A DNA stretch of 63,317 bases, the filler included, from Phoronis australis (Eukaryota > Animalia > Phoronida), in the NCBI GenBank assembly GCA_002633005.1. It is 7 parts of 7 records of this genome, joined end to end, with 100 filler letters (N's around TTAATTAATTAA, not from the genome) between each part and the next. Parts side by side here need not be neighbours in the genome. Positions count along the whole stretch, not along the records: positions 26,361 to 44,805 come from NMRA01000738.1; 6 more parts are not named here. One strand, given 5' to 3'. A program made the position numbers and the translations under genes. The notes under the pieces are model-generated. The model was not told the DNA's origin and did not search any database. It worked only from the letters and a program-made list of their open reading frames with translations. Positions 26,261-39,400 of this stretch are shown piece by piece. Every line of letters starts with the position of its first letter. Position 1 is the first letter of the stretch.

Positions 26261-27167
26261 NNNNNNNNNNNNNNNNNNNNNNNNNNNNNNNNNNNNNNNN
26301 NNNNTTAATTAATTAANNNNNNNNNNNNNNNNNNNNNNNNNNNNNNNNNNNNNNNNNNNNTGAGCTTTTTACTGTGTGACACAGAGTTGGGTTCAATGAG
26401 CCATTGCTGACGTTGCTGAGTCAAGTGAAACATGTTTTTAGTTAATTTTATGAAATATGCACAATGTGATGAAGTGAATGATAGGGCTATTGGCATTCAT
26501 AATTTCAAGTATATATGCAGGAAACATTCCTCACCAGGCTTAAACCTGTGCCCTTTAGGCACACTCGTTTATGAAAAGTAAAACTTTTTTCCAAAAGTTG
26601 TTTCAAGCAGACTAAGCATATAGGGAATTGAAATTCGGCCACGGATAGGTAGCCAACCAGATTTATTGAAACTGTTAAGGCTGATTGTTTAGATGACCAG
26701 GAAGTGAAAAAACCCAGAATTTCCAGATCAATGGTCGCCAGGTTATTCATAGCAGGAAGAGTCGATGAATCACTGACGGTGTCGGTCGTCAGATCACTAG
26801 TGTGGAGATGAGGTTCACCAGTTGGGGTTACCAGTGTTCTCCAGAACAGAAAATTTTAATTCAATTGGAATTACAAAATTCTTGTATACGTGGTCAAAAG
26901 TCCAATGTCCATACTGTGGAGAGTTTGTGCATTAAGTCTTGGAACTGCTACCAAAAGGCCAAAATGTCGTAATGTCCCAAAACTTTAAACTTGTTGCATC
27001 GGTTTTCAAACACAAGAAAGCCAAATTCGTCATGGCAAAATTCAAAGTCGACGCAGTGACGAGTCAAAATAAGTTGCGGAGAACACTGGGTTACCATTAC
27101 CACCAGCACTGCCACGAGGATCACTGCTTGCTGAATAACTGGTAGAGGAATCACTTGTTGGAAGGAC

Positions 27168-27330
27168 CAAGGCTCGACATAACGAGCTGCAAGTCGCATT
27201 TGCGACCTGAAATTTGGAAATGCGAGCTGAGATTTTGGCCAGCTCGCATTAAGTCGCAAAATGCGACTTGGAATTTCCAACGTATGCGAGCTGAGTTTTT
27301 AAACTTCGCGGCAGATACCTGGGAAATATA
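27168..27330. mobile_element. hAT-like transposon end with TGCGAC/GTCGCA subterminal repeats (similar cluster at 31195-31340)
   Basis: CAAGGCTCGAC start followed by clustered ATGCGAC/GTCGCA motifs; no matching TIR or TSD found. Confidence 0.4.
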
Positions 27331-28009
27331 GAGCAACTCGGGTGATTCCGACCGTTATTTGGTTGTTGCCAAATCAAGTTCAAAAGAGCATTCCTTGAGA
27401 AAAGCGCTACCGATGACTTGTAAACATGTCGCATGAACAAGGGAATGCAGAATTGGTCTTTGACGCATTTTATTGACCAATACTTTCGGCTTTTTGCCAA
27501 TTTCCGGATGTGCCGAAGAAAGTTTCGGACCTCGGAATAACACCGCCAAACGACGGGCATGTCTTTACGCTTTCGGCAGAATAGTAGAAACCCACACCGT
27601 CGGAAATCATTCGAGGCTTTTTATTTCATGGAAAACTAATTGACTACGTACCGGTAAACAGCATAAGTCCCACATTTTTTGTTGTGAAATTTGCAGTGAA
27701 TTGTTTCCGTGTATCAATATGTCATTCAGCGAGTAGGGCAACGTTTCATGAATTTCTTCCGACAGGATATTTTTTCAAACGTTAAGTTGAGAAGTTTGGC
27801 CTGCGAACAAATGGAAGGAATTCAGCTGAGAAGAGACAAAGGCATCAATGGTCTCCTAAGGTGTCCCTCTATGCGCAAAAGGTACTTATCCGTGACTGAT
27901 GGTTTAATCAGTGTGCAACCAGTTGAGACAGTGGGACTATCTGCTGAGAAATCCAGTGTATGTGGCTGTGTTGAGACAACTGACTGAGAGTGAGAAGAGC
28001 ACAGGTATC

Positions 28010-28622
28010 CTCATGCAGCTCAGTTCTGATTGTCAACAAAACGCTACAAGGTATGACACCCGGGACAAGGAATACCACAGGTGCTTCTTTTCAGCCGTCC
28101 ATATCAAACACAAAACTTAATAAATTTACCCAAAACAGGGGTTCAGCAAACCATAGAGCAATTGTTTTTTCTTCTGATACCATTTACATCAGTGTCCTGT
28201 TCCAGCGAGTTTGCATAAAATTCGTGGTCAAAGCATTCTACCCAAAAAGCCGCTGCGTACTGTCAATGTGCCCAACGGAACAGCAGAAAAACGTGCCTAA
28301 TCAAAAATTAACTGACAGTGATGTCTAAAGTAAATTGCGTTTGGGTCTTTTAGTTTTATCTTGAACACACCACACGCATCCTCAACTCAGTCTGATCGTC
28401 CCCAATACACTATATAATTTTATGACACTCTGGACTAGAAATTCCAAGGGTGCTTCACTTCAGCCGTCCATAGCAAACACAAAACTCAATAAATTTACAC
28501 AGAACAGAGGTTCAACAAACCGTGAGGAATTGTTCTTTCTCCCAACACAATTTACGGTGTCCTGCTCCACCGAGTTTGCAAGAAATTCGCAGTCAAAGCA
28601 CAAAAATCTTCCCAAAAAACTC
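28010..28622. repeat. Diverged direct duplication (28010-28250 vs 28378-28622)
   Basis: Shared blocks such as TTCAGCCGTCCATA.CAAACACAAAACT.AATAAATTTAC. Confidence 0.85.
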
Positions 28623-28948
28623 CGTTTGGAGCAACTCCAGTGACACTGGCAGTTTCACACGCGAAGGGTACGGAATGAGTTACGAATGAATGGCAATTGC
28701 CGAGTTATCGATGCCTTGACTTTCCGAACCTTAAGCTTATTAACACGCAAAATCAGTCCAGGATCACCTGTGGTTGACTTGTAGACAAACTGTTCAGTAA
28801 TTTCAGAATATTTGTGAGAAAAACATCAACAACCTTCAAGCTATTTCTCCAACTGCTCATTCCTGACGCCATTTTAGTTTGAATTCAGAAATCTGGTTCA
28901 ACTGAAATTTCTACAGTTACAGCCAATTAGGGTGTTTGTTTATCTTAG

Positions 28949-29248
28949 ATTCTCACTGAATTCTCACTCCAATTTTGGCAAGTCCAAATTCTCACTCAAT
29001 TCTCACTCAGATTTTTCCTAAGTCTGAAATTCTCACTGATTCTCACTCAGAATTTTTCTAAGACCAAAATTCTCACTGGATTCTCACTGTTACATAACAT
29101 TTTCTCACTCATTCTCACTGACTGCCCCTGTTGTTCAATTCCCACTGGGTTCTCACTGGCATTTCTAACTATAATTGGTGATTTAGTGAGAATCTAACTG
29201 GAATCTAACTGGAATCCAGTGAGATTCTCACTTTCTTTTTCGTATGGG
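28949..29248. mobile_element. DNA-transposon end with ~12 TTCTCACT subterminal repeats, terminus ...TTTTCGTATGGG
   Basis: Direct then inverted TTCTCACT motifs ending in GGG next to a single N. Resembles CCC-ended CMC/EnSpm-type termini. Confidence 0.5.
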
Positions 29249-32129
29249 NGAGTGATGAATCAGTAACTCGTCGGATAATTCCGTACCCTTTGCGTGTGAC
29301 ACAGGAGTTGCTCCAGACAGACTTTTGGGGAAGATTTTTGTACTTTAACCGCAAATATCTTGCGAATTCTGTAGAGCAGCACATCGTTAATGGTATTGGG
29401 AGAAAGAAGAATTCCTCACGGTTTGTTAAACCTCTGTTTCGTGTAAATTCATTGAGTTTTGTGTTTGCGATAGACGGCTTTAGTGAAGCACCGTGGAATT
29501 TCTAGTCCGGCGTGTCATACCTTGTAATATTATATAAGCCTATAGCGTATTGAGGACAATCAGAAGCTGAGGACGCCTGTGCCACAGGCGTTCTCAGCTG
29601 TGGTATGGAACTAGGCAATCAGACCATCGCCTCGGGCCAACAGCAGGCGACAGACAGCACAGCCTAAACCGAGCCGGGCACAAATATTTATCTACAACAC
29701 AATCCATTGCGCTTTCTGTCATCCGGCATCATCGTGCGACACTCGGTCGACAACAAATGCAATACATTACCAGTCTTATTGACCGATTCTCCCTTGAGGC
29801 GTCTCAAATCTTCATCAGAAAAACCTGCCCACTCCGCCATGTTTCAGCTTTATCGCCCTCTGGTGTCTAAGTTGGACAATTCGGTGTGTATTCCACTGAC
29901 ATATTCTCTCTTCTGATGATGGTGTTTGACTAAATGACACCGAAACATGTCAAGTCGACTTAAAACCGTTGTTGTTTTTATTAATATATGCTGCTACTTA
30001 CTATCATGGAGATGCCGATTATTTCTAATGATGACACATCTCTTAGTAAAACTGCGTTCCATTCAAAAGCGATGGGATTCTCGAGTTCACTGGTTAAATC
30101 TGCTGCCATTGGTCTCAACTCAGTCCTAACCATTCGGACGACACTAGTGTTTTTGGGGCTGGGTTCGTTAAAAAAAACTAGAGGCAGTTCGTTATTCAAC
30201 TAAGACGTACGTTCTCGACTCATAAAAATGACATTCCGCCAAATTGAAAAGCCTGATCACAAGTTCTTTCGATGCTCTTATATCACCTCCAGTCTGACTA
30301 AGCAACAATTTCATGTCCCCCATATAACGTGTCTGTCCCATTTTCTTGACCTATCACAGTCGACTGTGTATTGACATCATCTTTCTGACCAGCTGAAGGA
30401 TCTTTCTGCTTCACGTGTTGTCAGAGGAGGAGTGCAGATAAAAATACGGTGTGGACGTTCGGAAGCATGATTTGACTGCATTCCTTGAGATCTTGGAGTG
30501 ACGTTGCTGGTCTCTGTTCTGGTGCCACGGTTTTCCAATAGCTCTAAATTAAAAATTCAATGACACCAACATCAAATTTCAATTTATGTTTCAGTTTTAC
30601 TGTCAAACGTACACTAGACGTGCACATAATTGGAATGTAAACGTCTTCATGGTTGGTTTCTTTGATATTCTGTAGAGCATGAGCGATCTTTGATATATAC
30701 AAAACTGCACAATGTTGTTGAAGAGCAAATTGATGCTAATTCTATTGTATAATTAATGTCTACTTCACTACATCATGACGCAGGGTAACGCGTTATAATG
30801 CTTGCGTAAAGCGACGTTCCTTTCCACTCATCGAGTTCTAAACAACTAACGCAGGTTTTGGCGCTGGTAACTTTGACGGCTCAACGAGCTGCAGGGTTTT
30901 CCATGTACACTTGTCGGCAGATACCTGCCAAATATAAAGCTTCTCAAATGCACGTGTCAGTTAGAGAGCACTGATTCAACATCCATGTCGGCAACTAGCC
31001 TTGCGCTCTAGTATAGAGACTTTCAATGGCGGTCGTGAAGAACAGTAGGCCCTAACGCCGTAGGCCTAAATGTATCTAAATGCAAGAGCTTTTCCCACCT
31101 GAAATATGTGAGTATTTAACGCCCCAGGTAAGAAAATCTAAACAATTTCTCGATGATCTAAAATATCATATTTGGCGCGCAAAAATGGCGGAAAAATTTC
31201 GACCTGGCATTTGAATGCTAGCTGGATTTTGAAATGGCGATTAAAAATGACGGACATTTTTTGCGGCCTGGCATTTTATGAATGCGACCTAGATCTTGCA
31301 AATGCGACCTGGGATTTTTGCTAGGTCGCAAAATGCAACCGATGAACAATTGGCAAATGTTTTTCTTGTTTAAAGAGGACTGACTACATACGCACACCCA
31401 GCCTAAAAACAGGGGGCTCGAATATTTGGGAATGTGGACATTTTACTACTGAGAAAAAGAAAAACAGGTACCTTCAGGGCGTTCGCCGAATTTTGGTAAT
31501 TCCTCAGGCTGACTTTTTAGTGGATTTTTGCCTACTTTTCTCAGACTATTTGTTTCTCCCAGGCGAACCTTTTTTGCCCACTTCGCCAAATCGGGGCCCC
31601 CGAGCCCCCACTCCGGGTGCGCGCATGGACCATTTGTGCAAAATCCAGACTCCTTGTATCGTGTCATCTATTAATTAAGTAAAAGTAACTTTTTTGTTTT
31701 CTCTGGCCCGCGTGTGATGTGCGCTGATAACTTCAATTTTGAATAATTTGATTTCATATTTTTTTCGAGAATTACTTCCAATATTGATGGATATGTTCTG
31801 GTTTTACTGAACCCATATTCTTGTACATTTATAGCTGCCGTCGTGGTGCTACCAGCTGCGTCAGATCCAGGCGAAACCGCTCACGCCATGGGCTGGACAC
31901 TGAATTCACTAAGGCGTGGTGAAAAAATGATTGACAATGCCAGGCATAATTGGATTGACATCGAAAGCTAAAACTAGCTGAACTGAGGGAAACTTGTGAA
32001 AACTTTGATATTGAAATTGCCAGCTGCCATTCAAAGAGGAAAGATACACCTATTGGCTCTTTATCTGTATCTGTATTTTTAAAGAAATATTTTTGTCAAG
32101 GTATACGTCGTTCTGATTTTTATGCTCCC

Positions 32130-32400
32130 AAATATTTATATGTGATTGCATTATACCATCATCCCTGTCCATTAACTGTTGTATCTCTAAAACCTCTATC
32201 ATAGATGCGATTAAACATGAGCCAATTTTCAGATGGGTCCGAATACTGGTGTGCTCCGCAATAGTGCTTTTATATTTTTGTGTTTGCCTTTGCATCTTCG
32301 TAGTTATTTGACAGATCTCCATGGTATTCGACTGTAGGTACCTATTGAGGAGGTAACGCTGACTTCTTGTTTTCGACAATTGATCTACATATTTCAAGTT
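32130..32400 (-). mobile_element. Penelope-like GIY-YIG endonuclease C-terminal remnant
   Basis: KSTIAEH...LMDRDDG...SHINIW resembles the SAIAEH...MNRDEG...SHIW end of Penelope ORFs. Confidence 0.45.
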
Positions 32401-33594
32401 TGTTTAGTGACTAGTAAGCAATTTTAATTATTTTGCTTGCGTGCCGTCCAGCGGACAGTAGTTATGTTTGACCTGTGGCCACGGGCTGCACATGTTACAA
32501 TCCACAGAAATGCACACCTATTGACACACCAAACAACTTTCTTACAGAAATGGTGTGTATTTATTCTGTGGAATGTTTCGCGCCATAGACATCTTAATGG
32601 TCTTAATGGTTGCGCGCTATCTAGACATGCCCTTGTGGCCTATAGTCTCAGCGCGATAACCCCTCGCAAGCCTGCAGGAAAGTAAACATATTGGGGGTGG
32701 GGTGGGGGGCAAACCAATTCGACTTAGTCAATCCCGCCTTCCTATCGCCACCCCCAACCACTATCCGTCGCCCCACGCCCGATATTGGGGGGAGGGGTGG
32801 AAAAACCCAGGATTTGCAGTCATCAGAAGTTGAGTAACCGTGTTTCAGCAAAACTTCAGGGACTTATTGAGGGGCAAAGGGCAATTACCCTGGGCACCCA
32901 ATCCGAGTGAGGACACTGCCTGAAAAAGAAGCCTTTAATATGAAGGCTAATAATCACAAAAATAGAAATTAGTGATATGTTAATTGCATCATCATGTAAC
33001 CCTCAAGGAAGTGACCTTAACAAAAAAGATTGTACGACTTTATAGAAACAGAAAACAGAGGCAATCGATTCCATCATAAAAAGGACGAAAAAGATGGCCA
33101 CACGGATGCCACCAAGATTCCTCTCCAAGGGCTGGGCCCATAATTATAATATGACCTGTAATTTAAGAAACAGTAAATGAGCAGCAATTGATGCTATCTT
33201 TCAGGTTCTCAATTTTCATCAAGACATATACTATTAGTTGGAGAAAAAACGAAAAAGTGCGACAGATGACTCCATTCTCTATTGCCAGAGGCGAGTGCCT
33301 CGAGAAATAGTTTTGCATTTCTTGAATTTAAAATCCAGTGAATTAATACACTCTGCAAAAGTTGTGATTTAAACAAAATTTCCGCAATTTTTTAGGATAC
33401 GTGTATGAATGATTAACTGCACGATTTAAGATGCATTTAGCTTTAAAGAGTGGGGCCCCCTAACAAGAATTTCATGGGCCGGGACCTCAAGGGATAAACC
33501 AAGCACTGGTAGTTGAATGTTCTCTCTCGTTTCCTTGTTTCTGTGTCATTCTTTTATCGACGGCACTACGTCTATGGGGGTTGTCAGAGTTTAC

Positions 33595-33730
33595 AGTGGC
33601 GGATTTAGAGGGGGAGTCAAGGTTGCCATGCCCCCTCCATCCTAAAATTCTTCCAGATTCCTTTTGGCAGTTCGGGGTGCAAATGTCTGACGGCCAAAAT
33701 NCCCAACTCAAAATCCTGGATCCGACCATG
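33595..33730. mobile_element. Small hAT-like MITE present only in unit A
   Basis: CAGTGGCGGATTTAG...CCTGGATCCGACCATG; absent at the paralogous site near 37005. Confidence 0.7.
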
Positions 33731-34976
33731 GTATAATCTTGACGCTAGAAAATTATTGGGGGGCCACGCCCCCCGGGTCCCCGTTTCCTACGGCCCTGCC
33801 TTGAGAAACAAGCCGGTAAAAGTAAACCTGTTTAAAATGAAGGACTTGCAACGGAATTTACGTGAGTATCTTGACTAACACAGGATGGACATATTCATGC
33901 TAGGGACGTGAAGTAGTTTTCTTGTACTGGCATTTCGCAACAGTTGTCTAAAGTTTGCTAAAATTGGCCTTACCACCCATCAGGTTTCATCCTCAAAATA
34001 TAAGAGGGCCAATATTACAGAAACCGAAACTTTTCAAAACTAAAAATATGATAGCTATTAATCATTGGGGCTAAGTGTACAAATAAGCTATGGGACAAAA
34101 AATCAGTGATATGTCATGTTGCCACTTTTGCATGATTTTCTCGTGCGGCCAGTCCTTAAATATATATATGTACAACGTAGCACAGGAAATGAACGATCAT
34201 GCGGATTTGCCACACTGTATAGAGTTACAACACAGAGCTGGCAACACCGGTAGTTCCTGGTGAAATTTGCAATTAAAAAATCCATGGAAGTTATCTTCAG
34301 TTCGAAATAGGAGCTTGGGCATACACGGTTGTCAAAGGAATGTTAGATAGGTGTTCTTGCAGATGAATAGAGAGGTTTCGCAAAGCGACTTGAACGTGAA
34401 TTATTGCGCATAATACGGTGTCATACACGTCATTGTTGGCTGTCCCGATAATATTTTACACGAATATAGAGAGATCTGCGTCGCTTTAAACGCGAAACAT
34501 TATTATTTGGCAAGACATCGAAATGAATTTTACTATAATAGGGTTCTCAATCTTTCTTCTTTGCTTCAGTATAAAATGAACACGATTTTTGGTAAATAAA
34601 TGTTCTGACTTAAAGTTTATTTGAAAGAAAGCACTTTTTCAAAATTCTTATTCTGCCGGGGTTCGCTGGATATCATCGAGCTAGAATGGACTTTTTGACG
34701 GAGTTATAATTTTTGTTGTTAATTCTTTTAAATGCTTAATTTACATGCATTTATTTATTTCAAACTGCAATAAATTTGGCATTCTAAGACTTGACCATTT
34801 CTGGCAGGATTTTTTCACGTAAAAGAAGTTGCATTGGCAGAGTGACTCAAGTTTTTTTATAAACAATCAGACATGTACTAGGCCTACAACAATTGGACAC
34901 CCTGAGCTCAGTTCACGTTTACTTTCGCGTTCACGTTATAATTTTGCTTTTTCAAAACCCATTTTGATACTAGAAC

Positions 34977-36159
34977 CACAGGCGCTTGGGTTTATCGCAA
35001 ATGACGTCACTCAATGCTATATATATATAAGAAAGCATAAAGCAGTTGGACACTTAAACTTTGCCAGGCCGAGGCTCCCAACTTCAACAGTCCAAAATCC
35101 AAATAAAATCTGCGTGCACCTCCCTCAGTCTGGTGTTGCATAAACCTTCGAAGCCTTATCTTTCCTAGACCCCATTAACTGTCTTCGTGAGTGGTGAACT
35201 GGCGATGGAATTTCCAAAACAATCTCAAAACTCTGAATTCAAGGACCTGAAATAGTAAAAATGGCGGATTTCAGTTGTGCTTTGAATTGTACGCCTGTCG
35301 TAGGTGAAACTTCGAGTTTGAGCAAGCAACCTATATTTCAAATTCAATAATTCTAATCAAAAACTCAACTAATTGAGAATGTTAAAGTTAGTATTGTAAT
35401 GATTATTTGTAACTTTATTCCACTGACGGCTCATTTTAGCCCTTAACTTAGAATTTTATTACATAAACTGGCGTATCTTGTTTCTCATCTTGACATCACG
35501 CACTTTTTTGATTGAAGCACAACACACCCTCGGCCAGGAAACGCAGTCCGTGCAAGTATTACAATGCGCGTGGCCGACGAGTTAACTCAATGGTTTTGGC
35601 CAAAAGTAAAACCTTCATAAGAAATCACAGTACATAAAAACTTCGCATATCAATACAGTATCAGGATAATTTATATTTGACACAAATATGTAATTACATT
35701 TATTCGGCAATAAAGTGCGCTCTGCTTCTCATGATGAAGTAGTCGAGGGATTGATGATGAAAGCCGCGCGAAATTAGACTTTCGGATTTAGCTCGCGAGC
35801 GTCCTTCAAAAACCCGGATGTGCGAAGACCGTCTGCCATGACATCACGGAATAACTTCCTTGAATTTGTGATTTTGGCATTCTTTTGGCATTTTTGTCGC
35901 CAAATCACCACACCACGGCAATTTGAAGAGATCGAATGAAAGAAAGTATTCTAAGAGTTGTCCGATGCTAGTTTCGTGGAGTTCCATGCACATTTGAGTA
36001 GAAAATTCTGAGCAAACAGATTTCTAGGCAATGACCATCGCCTCTGTAGGCCCGGTTCGGGCCAACAGAGGCGATGGACAGATTTCGAGTGTCCAACCTT
36101 TATGTTTTCTTTTATAAATTATTGAGTGACGTCATTTGCGATAAACCCAAGCGCCTGTG
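34977..36159. mobile_element. 1183-bp non-autonomous DNA transposon (P- or hAT-like)
   Basis: Perfect 39-bp TIR CACAGGCGCTTGGGTTTATCGCAAATGACGTCACTCAAT, perfect 8-bp TSD ACTAGAAC, and an empty paralogous site near 38130. Confidence 0.92.
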
Positions 36160-36420
36160 ACTAGAACGTGAATCGCCTCGTGCAATTATCTGTGCGTGAT
36201 AATTCTCGTTCCGTCAGCGCTTGGCGAAACTCCTCTAGTAGCCAAATCCGCCATCTGTTGATCTGCATCAATGACCTATTTAAGCAGTGGCAACGAAACT
36301 TCAGGTAAAACCAATGAGCTATATTTATCTCATTGGGTAAAACCCTTCGTGTATTTTTCCACTGCGTAATATTCGTTCGGCTCAGAACAGCAGCAGACAT
36401 TCTCACGTCCAGACTTAGAC

Positions 36421-36477
36421 ATGGCTTCTATTAAAAAGTTGGGTCATAAACTTCTCAGTGAGGAAGAATTGAAAGAG
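36421..36477 (+). CDS. Putative first coding exon, copy A (MASIKKLGHKLLSEEELKE), unknown gene
   Basis: ACATGG start context, GTGAGT donor, upstream TATTTAA (36277); frame and length conserved in copy B. Confidence 0.55.
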
Positions 36478-39400
36478 GTGAGTTTTTAAATTTTCTCAGA
36501 ATCATTTCGTCATCTGTATGGCCCCTCGTCCGTCAATTGTTTAGGTTGTTTTTTCAAGTTTTATTGTTGTTTTATTGTCGGTGTTATGACGTCCACAATC
36601 AGCGTGACCTTATAATTAAATTAATGGTTTCTGATGTTAGGTATTATGATTAAGTTTTCCGGTACATTATTTTGAGATCCAGGTGCTTGTCAGTCTTCGT
36701 TGACAAAAAGGTACTTAAATTAGACCCTCCCGTCAGCTGTCATTACTCTAGAAATTCCCCAACGTCACAGCACCTACAGGAGGGGGCGGAGCTAGAGGTG
36801 TGAACAACACTATATCGAGAATGGTGTAGATCTGAATCTGCAAGTTTGCAACGATTAAAATATGTTTAGCTTCAAGAAATGGGACCCTAACAAGAATGCC
36901 AATGAGGGACCTCAAAGGATAAACCAAGCACTGGTATTTTCACTCCTCTTGTTTCGCTGTGTTTCTTTTCTCGACAGGCCCCGGTACCATGGGGTTGGCA
37001 GGGTTTATTCCTGACGCTTGAAAGTGGGGGCCACGTGCCTCCCTCCCCCCGGCTCCCGCTTCCTACGGCCCTGCCGAGACTGTTTCAAATGAAGGACTTG
37101 CAACGGAATGTACGTCCGTATATCTCCACTAATTTTGAACATAGCATGGAAAGATTCATGCTAGAGGCGTGAAGTTGTTTTCTTGTGCTGGTATTTCGCA
37201 ACAGTTGGAAGTTTGCTGATATTGGCGTCACCACACATCGGATCCCCGAAAGAGGCCCAATGTTACAGAGACCAATAACTTTTTAAACTAAAGATACGTT
37301 AGTTATTAATCATTGCACCTAAGTGTACAAATAAGATTATGTCAAAAATTCTGTGATATGTCATGTTGCCACAGGTTAACAATTACCGTAAATTCGATAT
37401 ATTAACTTGGGCCTAGAGTACACCTACACGGTTGTTAAAGTAAAGTTATTTTCGTGTTCTTGATGATACATGTATCAGAGAGGTTTTGCAACATGAAAGC
37501 GACCTTAAGGTGTAATATCACGCGTTAATACTGCGTCATACACTGCATGCCAGTCTAGGCTGTGAAGTAATCCCGACAGTGTTTGAGAATTTTATGTGAA
37601 TACAAATAAATTTGCTTCGCTTTAAACGCGAAACCTGTGGCCCCTTTTTAATTCTTATTTAGTAAAGCATAGAAATCATTTTTATTTTATTGTGTTCTCA
37701 ATCTTTTTTCTTTGCTCCAGTATAAAATGAATACGATCCGTTTGTCTATGAATTGGAAGGAGAGAAAGCACTTTTCCAAAATCCTTTTTCTGCCGGGATT
37801 CGCTGGATATCATTGAGCTAGAATGGATTTTTAAGAGATGTAACTTTTTGTCGTTAGTTTTTACCTGCTTAATTTACATGCATCTATTTATCTTAAACTG
37901 CAAATAAATTTTGCATTCTAAGACTTGATCATTTCTCACAAGATTTCGTAGGAAAAGACCTTTTTTCAAGTAAAAGACGTTGCATCGGCAGAGTGAGTTT
38001 TAAGTTTTAAGAGCTGACATTTACTAGGCCCTACAACAATTGGACACTCTGAGCTCAGGTGTTCAGTTCGCGTTTACTTTCACGTTCACGTGAACATTTA
38101 GCTGCTGCTAAACCTATTAGCCTACTGTTACTGTAACGTGAATCGGCTAGTGCATGCGAGATAGTTCGCGGTCACGTCACTGCCACACCCGCCATCTGTT
38201 GTCTGGGTCAATGACCTATTTAAGACTAGTCGAAACTTCAGGTAAAACCAGTGAGCTATATATACATGTATATATGAGCTATATCAGGAAGAGATAACCA
38301 GGAAGGGACAACTGTTTTAGCGCATTTTAACGTGTTTTCAAAGGTGATTTCAAAAGTAAATGTTAAAGACGTCTGGAATCCAAGCATTGTGTTTGAAAAC
38401 TTAACTCTTTAGCTATAAAATGACACCACTTTGGTCGCCAAAAACTGCATATTAATGGCACTAGGATGCTTTGAACATGACATGTTTACCCTTCCAAAAG
38501 ATGCCTTTTCCTAGGCATGTACTCGGGCATGATTCCCCTTTTTGAACCAACATATGTCACTAATATATGCAAATGAGGCTCGCATCTCCTACGTCATATG
38601 ACCTCATACGACGCGAGCTTCCAATTTGAACCCTCAGGTGCCTATAGTGAACTTGAAACGCAGTTCTACTTGATTGGGTAGATCTAAGAAAATTAAGAAC
38701 TTACACAAGTCAATGTTCAAAGAACATTGAATTGTTTCACATGAAAATACATTTAATTGTATTTGGATACGCTTGCATGTGTGTCATGCGTGGACTTCGT
38801 GATTTTGCTTAAATCCAGATTTAGAAGCAGGTGTTAGTCAAGAAATTAGCTGCTCCCGCCACGGTGGCCGGTGTCGTGGCGTCGCCGGGAAGTCTGATCC
38901 ATGCATGCGCATTCGACAAACTAATGCTAGTCACTGGTCAGCTCCGCTATGATTCATTTGAGACGTGCGGCTTAACTCGAACCTATACCCGTGTTCTGGC
39001 TCCAAGGTCGTTTATTTGACCCAGTTTCGGGACCAAAAGTTCATTTTAATACCGGTCATTTCCTGAAGATTTTTTTTGAAAGGTATGATCCCGAAATCCT
39101 TGGCCTATAGACCTGTATCAAAATTCCTTGTTGAAACATGGCCACTGGTCCAGCTTCTGCCGGGCGGCTGGGGAAAATGAACGTGTGTCCCAAAAAATGC
39201 ACACGATGACTTCAACCCTTGCAGTTCAAGTTCTTTTCCCGTCAATCACTGTGCGCGGATTCTATGCGGGCAGTCTACTGCATAACTACACCTTATTTTT
39301 AACGTGGGTGCGTCACTGAGTCACGACGTGTCCAGCCTTTTGCAGTATGCACGGGAATGGCAAGCAAACGATTCGGTTTAGAAAAACCTAAATTCACTGC

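Larger units (their letters stand above)
33418..36850 (+). repeat. Tandem duplication unit A (upstream region + first exon + start of intron)
   Basis: Colinear with unit B (36851-38284 plus 43985-44540) once insertions are removed; TGCA at the junction. Confidence 0.9.

Noticed and set aside
29750-30450. Degenerate coding-like sequence between two hAT-like end clusters
   Set aside because: No recognisable motif with confidence, and the ends do not form a TIR/TSD pair.
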